From: an uncultured bacterium
GTDB lineage: Bacteria > Latescibacterota > UBA2968 > UBA8231
Assembly (NCBI GenBank): GCA_964011675.1
Contig: CAXGPR010000004.1
Coordinates: 7,901-71,900, forward strand
DNA: 64,000 bases
Direction: 5' to 3'
Position numbers and translations under genes: made by a program. Positions 29,083 to 38,687 of the stretch are shown in pieces. The notes beneath the pieces are model-generated. The model was given only the letters and a program-made list of their open reading frames with translations, searched no databases and had not been told where the DNA came from. The number at the start of each line of letters is the position of its first letter. Position 1 is the first letter of the stretch.

Positions 29083-29688
29083 CTATAGCAGACAAAACTC
29101 TTCTGGGCCTATCGCATCTGCAGTCAGATGCACCTCGGATATAGCGCCGAGAAACCAACAAACGCGGTTCAGACGAACGCCTATAGAAAGCGCTCCCGTG
29201 TCTTCCATAGGTGCGAAATCAATGGGACCGCGATTTTCTTGAATACCGTTCACATAGTTGATCTGCTGCTGACCGTCACAGCTCATGGCAAGGTGATACC
29301 AAGCGCCCAACGGATGGAAAAAATCTCTGTTGAACAGCGTGCAATCAGAATCCTTTGAGCGAATAAATGTGTCCAAATACCATTGATCGTCGGCTGTAAG
29401 GCGAGTTTCAAACAGCACGCGATCGTCGTGCGCTTGGCCCACGTGAAAAAAGCGCTGCTCTTTCAGTCCTCCTGGATCCGGCCGAAAAACAATCTCAATT
29501 GTAAACGCCGTCATACCGGCGAGCGGATTTGCCTGGGCAAAGAGTCCATCGTGGACTCCGTCGAATGCCACGGCTTGCCCGCGCGGCGCCTCTACGACCT
29601 GAGGTTGTCCTTCTGCGCGTAGACTGATATCGCCCAATAAGGCAATCGAATTGAGCTCCCAACTCGTTTTTCTCATACGATCATTCAC
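29083..29688 (-). CDS. Concanavalin A-like lectin/LamG-domain protein
   Basis: The Laminin_G_3-like pattern (AVAFDGVHDGLF...MTAFTIEIVF...QRFFHVG...WYHLAMSCDG...INYVNG). Confidence 0.55.
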   Translation of the reverse strand: MNDRMRKTSWELNSIALLGDISLRAEGQPQVVEAPRGQAVAFDGVHDGLFAQANPLAGMTAFTIEIVFRPDPGGLKEQRFFHVGQAHDDRVLFETRLTADDQWYLDTFIRSKDSDCTLFNRDFFHPLGAWYHLAMSCDGQQQINYVNGIQENRGPIDFAPMEDTGALSIGVRLNRVCWFLGAISEVHLTADAIGPEEFCLL

Positions 29689-29719
29689 CCACCTATTCGA
29701 CCCGTAGAGACGCGATCAT

Positions 29720-30121
29720 TTAACGCCCTCCAGGAGGGGGGCCATCGCCCAACATGGCGCTTATAAAGAGAAATTTTAGCGGCTTATCACCCGTATTGCG
29801 GTGCTTGTGAAACACGTCGCGCGGGAGCATAACGCAGTCACCCGAACTCAATTGATACGTTTCATCACCGACTTCAACTTCCATCTCCCCTTCCAATATG
29901 TAAAATGCCTGTTCCTGATCTGGATGGGCATGTCCTTCGCCCGACAATCCCCCGGCTTCATACTCGTTTGTGTGGATTACTAATCGCTCGCTGTTAAGCG
30001 CCAAAGGACGATCTGCACGACGGGCATCGGGGCCAATAATTACTCTGGATATGCTACCGGGATGGCCGTGATTCTCCGGCGGTTGGGTAAAACAATCTTT
30101 CACGCTGTATTGTTTGCTCAT
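29720..30121 (-). CDS. Cupin-domain protein
   Basis: The two-His/one-Glu cupin motifs (GHAHPDQEQAFYILEGEMEV...DCVMLPRDVFHKHRN). An AGGAGG SD precedes the ATG. Confidence 0.65.
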   Translation of the reverse strand: MSKQYSVKDCFTQPPENHGHPGSISRVIIGPDARRADRPLALNSERLVIHTNEYEAGGLSGEGHAHPDQEQAFYILEGEMEVEVGDETYQLSSGDCVMLPRDVFHKHRNTGDKPLKFLFISAMLGDGPPPGGR

Positions 30122-30188
30122 CGCTGTTACCTCCTGTTTGATTTTTTTAAAGAATAAGCACCGCCGAGCACGACGAGGTTACCACTGC

Positions 30189-30902
30189 TCAATAGGCCTT
30201 GAGCTTCTCTAGCAAGAGCGCAAGGCCGACGATGCACGCTGTCTCTGTCTTGAGCACGCGCGACCCGAGACTAACCAGCGTGAAGTCTCTGTCGCGCAGT
30301 GCGTTCCGTTCACTCCCCGACCAACCACGCTCAGCGCCCACAGCCAAAATGTATGATGACGCGATGCAATGCAAGGACCCCAACGAACCGTCTGCCTCAT
30401 AGTTGTCTAAGGCAAGCCGTTCACCGCAAGGCAGATTTGTAATACAGTCTGTAAGCGACGGATGTAGATTGACTTCCGGCAAACGCGTGCAAAAAGCCTG
30501 TTCAGCTCCCTCCCGCAGCAAACGACGATATTCCCCGCCAGCCCACAAACGGCTGTTGAGATAAGATTTCTCTCCCTTATCAGTAGCGACAAAGTGCATC
30601 TTCTTCACGCCCTGAGTCGTCAGGTCTTTTAGTATTCTTCGCGCACTGGGCGGACGCGGCAATCCAACTATAAGCTCCACCGGATAGAGATCTAGCACTT
30701 CTACAGCGAAGTTAAAATCGAGCTGAAGACCGCGTTGCAGGATGCGCGCAATCCGCGCCTTCCCGCGGGGGCCATCAACCAGACCAACGTCAAAACTATC
30801 GCCCTCCTTACATCCGATTACATCTAAGACGTGTCGCGCCCGCGCGTCTTCCAGAGGCAGCAACCGATCCAATTCACCGTCCTGAAAGAGAATAATATTC
30901 AA
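30189..30902 (-). CDS. rsmE: 16S rRNA (uracil1498-N3)-methyltransferase
   Basis: An RsmE-family PUA-like N-domain plus a SPOUT C-domain. Length 237 aa. Confidence 0.8.
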   Translation of the reverse strand: MNIILFQDGELDRLLPLEDARARHVLDVIGCKEGDSFDVGLVDGPRGKARIARILQRGLQLDFNFAVEVLDLYPVELIVGLPRPPSARRILKDLTTQGVKKMHFVATDKGEKSYLNSRLWAGGEYRRLLREGAEQAFCTRLPEVNLHPSLTDCITNLPCGERLALDNYEADGSLGSLHCIASSYILAVGAERGWSGSERNALRDRDFTLVSLGSRVLKTETACIVGLALLLEKLKAY

Positions 30903-31123
30903 ACGTTTATCCCATCTTCACCTACGACGATTTCTTCGCGCGCGCACTCCAACCCATCACAAAGGCGCACGACGATATCCTCTTCAACCTCACACTCACC
31001 TTGAACTATGATCTCGGTTAGTCGTTCGTAACTGATGCCAACGAGGTTTGCGATCTGGTGTTTGAAGAGGAATTTGTGGCGCAGCATTACCTTTTGCAGC
31101 GCTTCAACGTCAATTCGCGGCAT
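30899..31123 (-). CDS. Small (74 aa) putative helix-turn-helix protein, translationally coupled to rsmE
   Basis: The ATG at 31123 and an ATGA overlap with rsmE. A central HTH-like segment (QIANLVGISYERLTEII). Confidence 0.4.
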   Translation of the reverse strand: MPRIDVEALQKVMLRHKFLFKHQIANLVGISYERLTEIIVQGECEVEEDIVVRLCDGLECAREEIVVGEDGINV

Positions 31124-31430
31124 AGCTTGCGTCTCTTTTCATGCAGAACTTATATACGTGAGAGCGCATCTCTACAGCGACGTGCACATGCGATAAAGAC
31201 CGCGCCAAGATAGAATTATCCAATAGTTCGTAAATATTTAATAAATTTAGATATAGGTCAACACAGCATCCGGCTCTGTAGAGAACAGATAGCACCATTG
31301 GATTTTCGCACTGCGTATTTTGCACGGCACGCCGATAAAAAACTGTATATGCGGACTACGCGAGCAAAGAGTATTCTTGATCTGCAAATTATTTACTACT
31401 CTTACTCAAAGCCCGTTCCATTCTTTACAT

Positions 31431-31778
31431 ATGGATTTCAGAGTGGATTCAATAGATCTCGACACAAAGTTATTTTACATATTCATCTGCGTGGGTTCAC
31501 TGGGCATGGCGATACGTATAATGGCTCACTTCTCCGCTGAAGCAGCCCGAATACGGCCCAAGCTAGGTAAGCTGAACCATGCCCTCACCGTCTTGCGTGA
31601 GCGTGCTCAGACGTGTAAACCCAATATCGAAGTCTTACAAGGAATCACCGCTCCGCTGCGCGATAGAGAAAAGATGCTGCGCACATATCATGAGCAGCTG
31701 CTACAAATAGATTTAGAACAGATGCATAAAGAAAATGAAGAGATCCAAGAAAAAAAGGAAAACAGAGCCGCCACATAA
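31431..31778 (+). CDS. Hypothetical small membrane/coiled-coil protein (115 aa); a weak call
   Basis: An internal ATG inside a TTG-initiated ORF. One TM helix then a charged coiled-coil tail. It lies in a 1.2-kb low-coding-density block. Confidence 0.25.
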   Translation: MDFRVDSIDLDTKLFYIFICVGSLGMAIRIMAHFSAEAARIRPKLGKLNHALTVLRERAQTCKPNIEVLQGITAPLRDREKMLRTYHEQLLQIDLEQMHKENEEIQEKKENRAAT

Positions 31779-32101
31779 AGTAACATTCCACAATTAATAG
31801 CCCATTTTCTGCCGCCCGTATAACCTTGAAAAATAGAGATAGATGGACGACAAATCCGGGTTTTTCAATGCCTCTACTAGAAGGTCTGCCACGTATGACG
31901 ACGGTGCACACGTGGAAAAAGCGCATAGTCAAACCCAACTAGATGCGGAGCTGGCAGCACGTACCGCTCGCCAAATAGGGCCGTGTCATAGCCAGCCGAA
32001 CGCAAGACCTCTATCAGCGTAGTCTCACGCAATCACGTGCGCGCCATTGACGGATACTCTGGCAATACGCCCTCTTCGGCATAATTGCCCAAGTAGTCCA
32101 T

Positions 32102-32293
32102 TCAGCTCCGACTATACTGACCCGTTAGGAGAGTCGAACGCGAAGGCATACAGACAGGATTGTTGCTAACAGCAATGCCCTGACTCGCCAGGCGATCGAT
32201 ATGGGGCGTGAACTCATAGTTTCTCTTCCTGCAATCAAACCGCTTGTGGCAGCCATTTATAGATGTCGGCCAATCAGCCCAACGATGCTGCAA
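32102..32293 (-). pseudogene. N-terminal remnant of a sulfatase (arylsulfatase family), truncated after ~60 codons
   Basis: The translation contains TPHIDRLASQGIAVSNNPVCMPSRSTLLTGQY, which is the sulfatase CxPxR active-site signature block. A stop follows shortly after, and no downstream continuation exists in any frame. Confidence 0.5.
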
Positions 32294-32347
32294 CTACGCA
32301 CTTTTTGCACCTAGGGTCACTGCGCTGTATCAGGCGAGCCCTCGACC

Positions 32348-33415
32348 TCAAGCGGGCAGAACGGCGCGCAAAATGCGCAGGTAATTTCCGCCAAATATTT
32401 TGGCCGCATCAGCTTCTGTGTATCCGGCTTGCAGCACAGCCTCAATCAGCCACGGCAGGCAGGCCGAATTGAAATGCGTTCCTATTCCGACCCCTTCGAT
32501 TCCCATGACGTCTACTGCGTAGTCGATGTGCCGTACAACAACAGCGAGCTGATCGGAGTCGACCTCAGTATAAGGCTGCTCTCTTTCTGGTCGTGTGATA
32601 CCCGGAATAATTCCCAACAGCCCACCCCGATCAGCCAGCGCTCTCATAACAACATCGGATGTATTGCGCGTCGATTCTTCAAGTACGCGCGGATTCGAGT
32701 GGCTGTCTATAACAGGACGCTGCGAGTAAGATATAATATCGAGTGAGCTGGATTCGTTAGTGTGGGCCAAATCAATCAAAATACCCGAGCGATTCATCTG
32801 ATCAATCATCTTTGCGCCCACATCGCTCAGACCACCGCTACCACGCTCGATATCGTGTCCATCCCATCCCAACTCGCGACCCGAACTATTAAGCGTAATC
32901 ATGCGCAAACCCAGTCTAGCAGCCATGCGCAACACGCCCGGCACGTCGCCAAACCAGTCGGATCGGTTTGACCCCATAAGCAACGCGACGATTCTATCAC
33001 GCAGAGCCTCATCCAAATCCGCTACCGTGTGGATCAAACGTACCTTATCAGTATGGGCTTCGACATCGCATAAAAATCGATCGAGCAGGGCGAGCACAAC
33101 CTGCGTGGGATTCTTGGAATTGGATGAGAGGTATAGCGGTTCAGACTCAGCGCGCCCTCGGCGGTGTTCTGGTTGACGCGGCCATAGGGCCGCAAAATTA
33201 TCGTCGTAAAGCACAGGCCCTCCTTTACACATGACCACCCGCAGTCCCCACTCAGCAAATTTGACAAAGTCGCCGCGACAGGTGCTATCATCGCGCTGGC
33301 CAAGATCAATATGGTCAATCACAAAGCGCGGATGGGTCAGATTGAGCCCCAGCATATCACACAGTGGATAGGCGCGCACAAAATCGGCGAAGCGCTCGTC
33401 CGTTCCATCGTTCAT
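32348..33415 (-). CDS. Membrane dipeptidase (peptidase family M19)
   Basis: An M19 fold pattern: an N-terminal DxHxD-type region, then LIDLAHTNESSSLDII...PVIDSHSNPRVL. Confidence 0.7.
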   Translation of the reverse strand: MNDGTDERFADFVRAYPLCDMLGLNLTHPRFVIDHIDLGQRDDSTCRGDFVKFAEWGLRVVMCKGGPVLYDDNFAALWPRQPEHRRGRAESEPLYLSSNSKNPTQVVLALLDRFLCDVEAHTDKVRLIHTVADLDEALRDRIVALLMGSNRSDWFGDVPGVLRMAARLGLRMITLNSSGRELGWDGHDIERGSGGLSDVGAKMIDQMNRSGILIDLAHTNESSSLDIISYSQRPVIDSHSNPRVLEESTRNTSDVVMRALADRGGLLGIIPGITRPEREQPYTEVDSDQLAVVVRHIDYAVDVMGIEGVGIGTHFNSACLPWLIEAVLQAGYTEADAAKIFGGNYLRILRAVLPA

Positions 33416-34443
33416 ATCTGTATCATCACTTTGTTGCGTTCCGGCTGTCCCATGACCTCAATAGCCCGATGTATTTCGCTCAGTTTAAATCGGTGGCTAA
33501 TAATGTCTTCCGTGTTAACGAGTCCCGATTCCATTAGGCGAACAGCCCTCTGCATTGCAGCCGGGTTAGTGCCAAAACTGGCATCCATACGCCCTTCGAG
33601 AAAGTGTGTCAGTCCTCCATCTAATTCAAAGTTCTCGTGCGTAGTTATACCAAAGACATTCCAACGCGTACCGCGCCGACGGAGCTGCGCCATGAGCTCG
33701 ACGGCGACAATTGGTCCAGCCGCTTCAATAACGAGGTCTGGACCATCAGGAATAATATCGTAGACCTGCTTGCGTGCATCTTCCTCCTGTGGATCAATCA
33801 CATGCGTCGCACCCATCTTTTGCGCATTGGTTCGCGCATATAGACTGGGATCGATAGCGATGAGTCGCCCGGCCCCGGCAGCACGTGCCACCATAAGACA
33901 TAGCAAGCCAATACCCCCTACGCCAATAATGACAACGTCGTCTCCCACCTGCATCTCGCTGTGCTTTATCAGCCCTTTCCACGCCCCGGACAATGGTTCG
34001 GTCAGCGCCGCAGCATCAAAGCTGAGCGATTCCGGCTTGTGTAACAAACAGCTCTCGGTCGTCTTCATGTATTCAGCAAAGGCTCCGGGCCACACGTCTT
34101 CAGGCCCGTCTCCACCTGTGGTAAAAGCGTGATCACAGTAGTGCGTATTCCCCGCCTTGCAGTGGGCGCAGGCACCGCAAAAACCCGAAGGTTGACAGAT
34201 CACTGCATCTCCTTCGACCACGTGGCGTACACCCGGTCCCACCGCAGAAACAATGCCCGACGGCTCGTGGCCAGGAACGAGCGGAAATGCCACGTTGCGA
34301 CGAATCCCCTTAATCGCCTTGTAGTCCGTGGCACAAAAACCGCAGCTTTTTATGCGCACGACCACCTCGCCCAAGCTGGGTTCGGGTATCGGCACATCTT
34401 CCAGCACGAGTTTATCCACTTCTTTTAGGACTGCAGCTAACAT
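33412..34443 (-). CDS. Zinc-dependent alcohol/polyol dehydrogenase (MDR family)
   Basis: The catalytic Zn motif (GHEPSGIV), the structural Zn Cys cluster ([15 protein letters not shown]), and the GxGxxG NAD site (IIGVGGIG). Its stop overlaps the dipeptidase start. The internal ATG at 34443 is preferred over the GTG at 34452. Confidence 0.8.
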   Translation of the reverse strand: MLAAVLKEVDKLVLEDVPIPEPSLGEVVVRIKSCGFCATDYKAIKGIRRNVAFPLVPGHEPSGIVSAVGPGVRHVVEGDAVICQPSGFCGACAHCKAGNTHYCDHAFTTGGDGPEDVWPGAFAEYMKTTESCLLHKPESLSFDAAALTEPLSGAWKGLIKHSEMQVGDDVVIIGVGGIGLLCLMVARAAGAGRLIAIDPSLYARTNAQKMGATHVIDPQEEDARKQVYDIIPDGPDLVIEAAGPIVAVELMAQLRRRGTRWNVFGITTHENFELDGGLTHFLEGRMDASFGTNPAAMQRAVRLMESGLVNTEDIISHRFKLSEIHRAIEVMGQPERNKVMIQI

Positions 34444-34483
34444 CAAACACACTCCCAGTCAGATTGGTTTGCGGCAAAAAACC

Positions 34484-35272
34484 TCATTCGACGGCGCCTA
34501 AAAGTGCGCGCACGGCCTCTATACCCTCAAGCGTTTCTTCCTCATCACCCCAGTGCTCTATCGTCAGCGGCCCGTTGTAGCCATCGCGCTGAAGCAGCGT
34601 TAATGCACTCAGGTACTGCGCCTGCGTTGCGCCGGCACCGAAACGCTTGATGTGCACATCACGAATCAGCTCACGGATAGGTTCGTACCCCTCTGCGGGA
34701 TCTTCTCCCGCCTGAGCCGATACGTCAATTTCCCAGATCGCGCCTACGTGATCGGGTGCACCCAGCCCATCTATTACGCGACGAATCTCCGCTGCAGTAA
34801 GCACAATCGTCCTGGTAACCCACTCAAAACACAGTGTGACACCGCTGTCGGCGGCCCATTCAACCCAGGGACCCCAACGGTCGATTACCTGAGGTCCATA
34901 CTCGTCAAACTGGCTAGGACCTAGCGGCGCAGAGTCCGGTGATTTAAAGGGAAATACGCGCACCGAATCGCTGCCTAATTGCCGAGCCAGTTCTACCGTC
35001 TTTTTGAGCTTGTCCCCGCTACGAGCGACCTTCGATTCATCGGTAATTGAGCACTTGCCCACCGGCGATAGTAGCATCCCGGGGCGCATACTGTGCACAC
35101 TTAGCACATCGAGTACGCGCTGTATATCATCTCCTTCTAGCGCTTCTAAATCACGACCCCACACCGGCGAACGCAGGGATACCAGACCAATGTCCGCGCG
35201 AGCTCCCACTTCAACCGCACGCGTAAAATCCTTGTTCATCTCCGCCGTTATGTAGCTAATTTGCACTAGCAC
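34484..35272 (-). CDS. Sugar phosphate isomerase/epimerase (xylose isomerase-like TIM barrel)
   Basis: A TIM-barrel AP-endonuclease-2/xylose-isomerase-like pattern. It is the first gene of a three-gene minus-strand unit. Confidence 0.7.
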   Translation of the reverse strand: MLVQISYITAEMNKDFTRAVEVGARADIGLVSLRSPVWGRDLEALEGDDIQRVLDVLSVHSMRPGMLLSPVGKCSITDESKVARSGDKLKKTVELARQLGSDSVRVFPFKSPDSAPLGPSQFDEYGPQVIDRWGPWVEWAADSGVTLCFEWVTRTIVLTAAEIRRVIDGLGAPDHVGAIWEIDVSAQAGEDPAEGYEPIRELIRDVHIKRFGAGATQAQYLSALTLLQRDGYNGPLTIEHWGDEEETLEGIEAVRALLGAVE

Positions 35273-35494
35273 CCTCTATTTTCGATGCGTTATAGCAATG
35301 CACGGCGCTCAATGTCTAATATCCTACGCACACTGTCAACAATTCCAATCATCTCGCGTCCTCACCAAACCAATGTCAGTATCGCCAAGGTCAGACTTGT
35401 ATTACGGCCGCGCTAGGCATAGACTCAAAGGGTGCGATTTATCGCGCAGATATTTTTTCACGCAACAGACAGGCACACTGGCTAACGGCTTAGC

Positions 35495-36202
35495 ATGCAC
35501 ACACCTCAACCTACGCCCTCTGAGAACGCAACCCGCCAGTTCACAGCATTAGTCATCGCCGGACTCACCGTGGGAGGCCCCCTTGTCGGCATGGCCCTCG
35601 TGGGATTTAACGGGGCTTCTTATATGCAACTTCTCACGGATCGCACACCCCTCTTGCTGAGCGCGGCTCTAATCGGCGCTGGCGGTACGGCCGTAGGCCT
35701 GGCTCTGCTACCGTCGTTTTTCTTTGGCGGCATATGCGGCTACCTGTTACCGAACGTTTGGCCCTACATAGCTGCAAGCAGTGGACTCGCTTGGGCTACT
35801 GCACTTGGATTGGGCTTGGGCCGGCTTTTCAGCACCAGCTTTCTCGAAGTACTGCTCCAGCGTAAGCCAGACTGGTGGGACACCTACCAACGTCTTATTC
35901 ACACTACCGGCGCGTTTTTACCAACGACCATCGCCCTGCTGCGTTTAGCGCCCCACATGCCTTTTGCACTGACCAACTTGGTTTGTGCACGCTTGCCGCT
36001 CGCACCGACCACTATCTGGCGGTCCTCTTTTATCGGTCTCCTGCCACGTACTCTCTTTGCAACTTATATAGGCAGCCACTTACAGGACTGGCGCGCACTG
36101 CTCGATCGCCAAGGACCGCCGTGGGAACTGCTGCTGTCTCTCGTACTATTTATTGCCCTGGCCTATACGTGTCGGCGTGCCGCACGACGAATTGAAACGT
36201 AG
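35495..36202 (+). CDS. TVP38/TMEM64 (DedA-related, VTT-domain) membrane protein
   Basis: A polytopic protein whose core LAPHMPFALTNLVCARLPL...FIGLLPRTLFATYIGS resembles the VTT domain. Confidence 0.65.
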   Translation: MHTPQPTPSENATRQFTALVIAGLTVGGPLVGMALVGFNGASYMQLLTDRTPLLLSAALIGAGGTAVGLALLPSFFFGGICGYLLPNVWPYIAASSGLAWATALGLGLGRLFSTSFLEVLLQRKPDWWDTYQRLIHTTGAFLPTTIALLRLAPHMPFALTNLVCARLPLAPTTIWRSSFIGLLPRTLFATYIGSHLQDWRALLDRQGPPWELLLSLVLFIALAYTCRRAARRIET

Positions 36203-36690
36203 AAATACACTGAGACGGGAGTGTGTTCACTGAAAGAAGAGATAAAACACCTCTGGATAGCGGAATTTCAAACCGCATCCGCCAAGTACGTGCACGCCTG
36301 GCTTCAACAGGAACCGAGCCTAGTTTCGCTACCCGTCGACTGCGTGCTGAAGAGCGACTCCGTGTGCCGATGAAGCCCCCTCTTTGTTGCCAGCAACCAC
36401 CTGCGTGACTCAAGAAAGGTAAAAGAACTCGTCAAGGCTGGAGCAGATCTGACCAATGGTTACTGGGGCACGCACTGGCCAAGCGAAGACTACGCGATTA
36501 ACGCCTACTTCATAGAGCAAGGTATCGACGTCAATCAGCCCAGCTATCTCGGCTTTCACGGCGTCGGCGTGACGGGAATGGACAGTTTCTTCTTGATGCT
36601 GGACAACGGCTTGGATCCCAACAGCGCCTGGCCATATAACGGCGAATGTCTGCTACACGTTCAGGCCCTGTCGGGCTTGTAGGACGGGCC
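36203..36690 (+). pseudogene. Ankyrin-repeat ORF with no start codon, interrupted by an in-frame TGA (36371-36373). It is in the same frame as the preceding TVP38 gene and directly behind it.
   Basis: Translating from the nucleotide after the TVP38 TAG gives ...KSDSVCR*SPLFVASNHLRDSRKVKELVKAGADLTNGYWG...NGECLLHVQALSGL*. The ANK-repeat consensus (PL..A.....vvklLl.aGAD.n) is recognisable. Confidence 0.5.
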
Positions 36691-36800
36691 GATCATGGAC
36701 TATGTAGCCACATTAAGTCCAAATAGGATGATGCCTTTCCAAATGTCTTTGTCATAAAAATCAGAAATATCTATTATCATTCTCAAATAGTTTATAAAAA

Positions 36801-37391
36801 TTAAAAGCCGTCTCGGAGCAGCTTCCGCTCCGCCTCAACCGCAGCGGCCCACTGCACTTCTTCTCTACCCAGCGGTCCACCTTCGTCGGTATCAGCTGCG
36901 AAAAACCGAAGTACGCGCCGATCGCCGCGCGCCTCAGCCTCAGCAACCAGCGCCTGCACAAGCGGGCACTGGGTAAAATCGTCGCGGTATGGCAGCCCCG
37001 CACGAACGACAAAAGAGGTGATCATATAACGCCAATCTGTTTCTGCTCGATTCGCAGATCCTGAGTGCAGCATATCGCAGTGAAAAAAGATGACATCATC
37101 CGCCTTGGCATTTACCGCAACGACCTGGCCTTTTTCCGCCCCAACGGGCCGATCACCAGCAGCAGACCGGTGAGACCCCGGCAGGGCTATCAGCGGTCCA
37201 CCCAAGCCGTCCATATCCTGTAAATAGCATAGCATGTGCGCGGCCAGTGGCGACGTAAAGGGCTGATGGCCGCTTCCATATACTAGCGACGTGTCAGCGA
37301 GACACGCTTCAATCAGTTTGGATGCTGCGCGGCAGAGCGCTGTGACTGAGTATCCTTGCAAGCAAGGTCTTTTTGGTAAAAAACCGTGCAC
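36801..37391 (-). CDS. Phytanoyl-CoA dioxygenase (PhyH) family Fe(II)/2-oxoglutarate oxygenase
   Basis: The HxD...H facial-triad context (IFFHCDMLHSGSAN). Confidence 0.7.
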   Translation of the reverse strand: MHGFLPKRPCLQGYSVTALCRAASKLIEACLADTSLVYGSGHQPFTSPLAAHMLCYLQDMDGLGGPLIALPGSHRSAAGDRPVGAEKGQVVAVNAKADDVIFFHCDMLHSGSANRAETDWRYMITSFVVRAGLPYRDDFTQCPLVQALVAEAEARGDRRVLRFFAADTDEGGPLGREEVQWAAAVEAERKLLRDGF

Positions 37392-37561
37392 TGCGGGAAG
37401 CCGCAGCGATCACCAAAAATTGTAGCCTCGGCTCAGCTTCACGCAAAGCTGTTCCTTTACTATGCAAGACCCACTAGATGGATGAGAGATATACACACCT
37501 TATAGATAGGACATATAGCAAAACCGGAGGGAGAAAACCCCTCCGGTTTTGCTATTTAGGT

Positions 37562-37649
37562 TGGTGCCGAGGGCGGGACTTGAACCCGCACGACCGATAC
37601 GGCCAACGGATTTTAAGTCCGTCGCGTCTACCAATTCCGCCACCCCGGC
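37562..37649 (-). tRNA. tRNA-Leu (anticodon TAA), class II with a long variable arm, CCA encoded
   Basis: Manual fold: acceptor GCCGGGG/CCUCGGC; anticodon stem ACGGA/UCCGU with loop CUUAAAA; T-arm GCGGG-UUCAAGU-CCCGC; discriminator A plus CCA. Confidence 0.9.
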
Positions 37650-37664
37650 AGCCAGATATAAAAA

Positions 37665-37739
37665 TGGAGGCGGCGCCCGGAATCGAACCGGGGAATAAGG
37701 GCTTTGCAGGCCCCTGCCTTACCACTTGGCCACGCCGCC
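37665..37739 (-). tRNA. tRNA-Cys (anticodon GCA), CCA encoded
   Basis: Manual fold: acceptor GGCGGCG/CGCCGCC; anticodon loop CUGCAAA; T-arm CCCGG-UUCGAUU-CCGGG; discriminator U typical of Cys. It lies 15 nt upstream of tRNA-Leu on the same strand. Confidence 0.9.
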
Positions 37740-37884
37740 TCGCGATACCACACAAGAAGGAATTAGTGAAAGTAGGGAGCCAATATATTCCTGTCAACCC
37801 GTCTAATATAGGATTAAATGCCAATTTCTCATACGCACTTCATGCCTTATATTTAGCCCAAACCGATCAGGAGGATTACGCGTT

Positions 37885-38679
37885 ATGCAGCAGTATTTAG
37901 ACCTGGTGCGCCACGTACTAGACAACGGTCACGACAAGAGCGACCGAACGGGCGTTGGCACCAGAGCGACTTTTGGCTACCAGATGCGTTTTAATCTGGC
38001 CGAAGGCTTTCCATGTCTCACGACTAAAGAAGTGCGTATTGGCTCCGTCATACGAGAGCTGCAGTGGTTTCTCAAAGGCGATACGAACATCCGTTGGTTA
38101 CAAGAAAAAAATGTTACGATCTGGGATGAATGGGCGGACAAACAAGGAGAATTAGGGCCGGTTTATGGCAAGCAATGGCGTGCCTGGACCAAACCCGATG
38201 GCCAAGTAGTCGACCAGATCCAGCGCGCCATCGACCTGATTAAGAACGATCCGGACTCACGCCGGATTATCGTCAATGCGTGGAACGTTGGCGAACTCGA
38301 TCAAATGGCGCTGACTCCCTGTCATTGTCTGTTCCAATTCTTTGTAGCAGAAGGGCGGCTGTCCTGCCAGCTATATCAGCGCTCCTGTGACGTCGGTTTA
38401 GGCGTGCCATTTAATATCGCCAGCTACGCTTTGCTGACCATGATGATGGCGCAGGTCTGTGACTTACGTCCCGGCGAATTCATCTGGACCGGCGGCGATG
38501 TGCATATTTACGCCAATCACATAGAGGCACTGCGCGAACAACTAACGCGTGCGCCCCGTCCCCTACCCATCATGAAAATAAAAAAGAGAGGACAGGACAT
38601 CTTCCATTTTCGCTACGACGACTTTACGCTACTCGATTACGACCCTCACCCGGCACTTAAAATGGAGATTGCTGTCTGA
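37885..38679 (+). CDS. thyA: Thymidylate synthase (ThyA, folate-dependent)
   Basis: [16 protein letters not shown]...DRTGVGT and an active-site Cys context. Length 264 aa. An AGGAGGA SD. Confidence 0.9.
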   Translation: MQQYLDLVRHVLDNGHDKSDRTGVGTRATFGYQMRFNLAEGFPCLTTKEVRIGSVIRELQWFLKGDTNIRWLQEKNVTIWDEWADKQGELGPVYGKQWRAWTKPDGQVVDQIQRAIDLIKNDPDSRRIIVNAWNVGELDQMALTPCHCLFQFFVAEGRLSCQLYQRSCDVGLGVPFNIASYALLTMMMAQVCDLRPGEFIWTGGDVHIYANHIEALREQLTRAPRPLPIMKIKKRGQDIFHFRYDDFTLLDYDPHPALKMEIAV

Positions 38680-38687
38680 GCCCGCAC

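Noticed and set aside
36371-36373. The in-frame TGA in the ankyrin ORF as a possible selenocysteine codon
   Set aside because: There is no start codon or RBS for the ORF, no obvious SECIS-like hairpin immediately downstream, and no redox context (it is not CxxU). Pseudogenisation is the simpler explanation. I cannot fully exclude the alternative without a genome-wide sel-gene check.
37478-37900. A 140-aa plus-strand ORF spanning both tRNA genes
   Set aside because: It overlaps two well-folded tRNAs on the opposite strand and has no homology. It is a spurious ORF.
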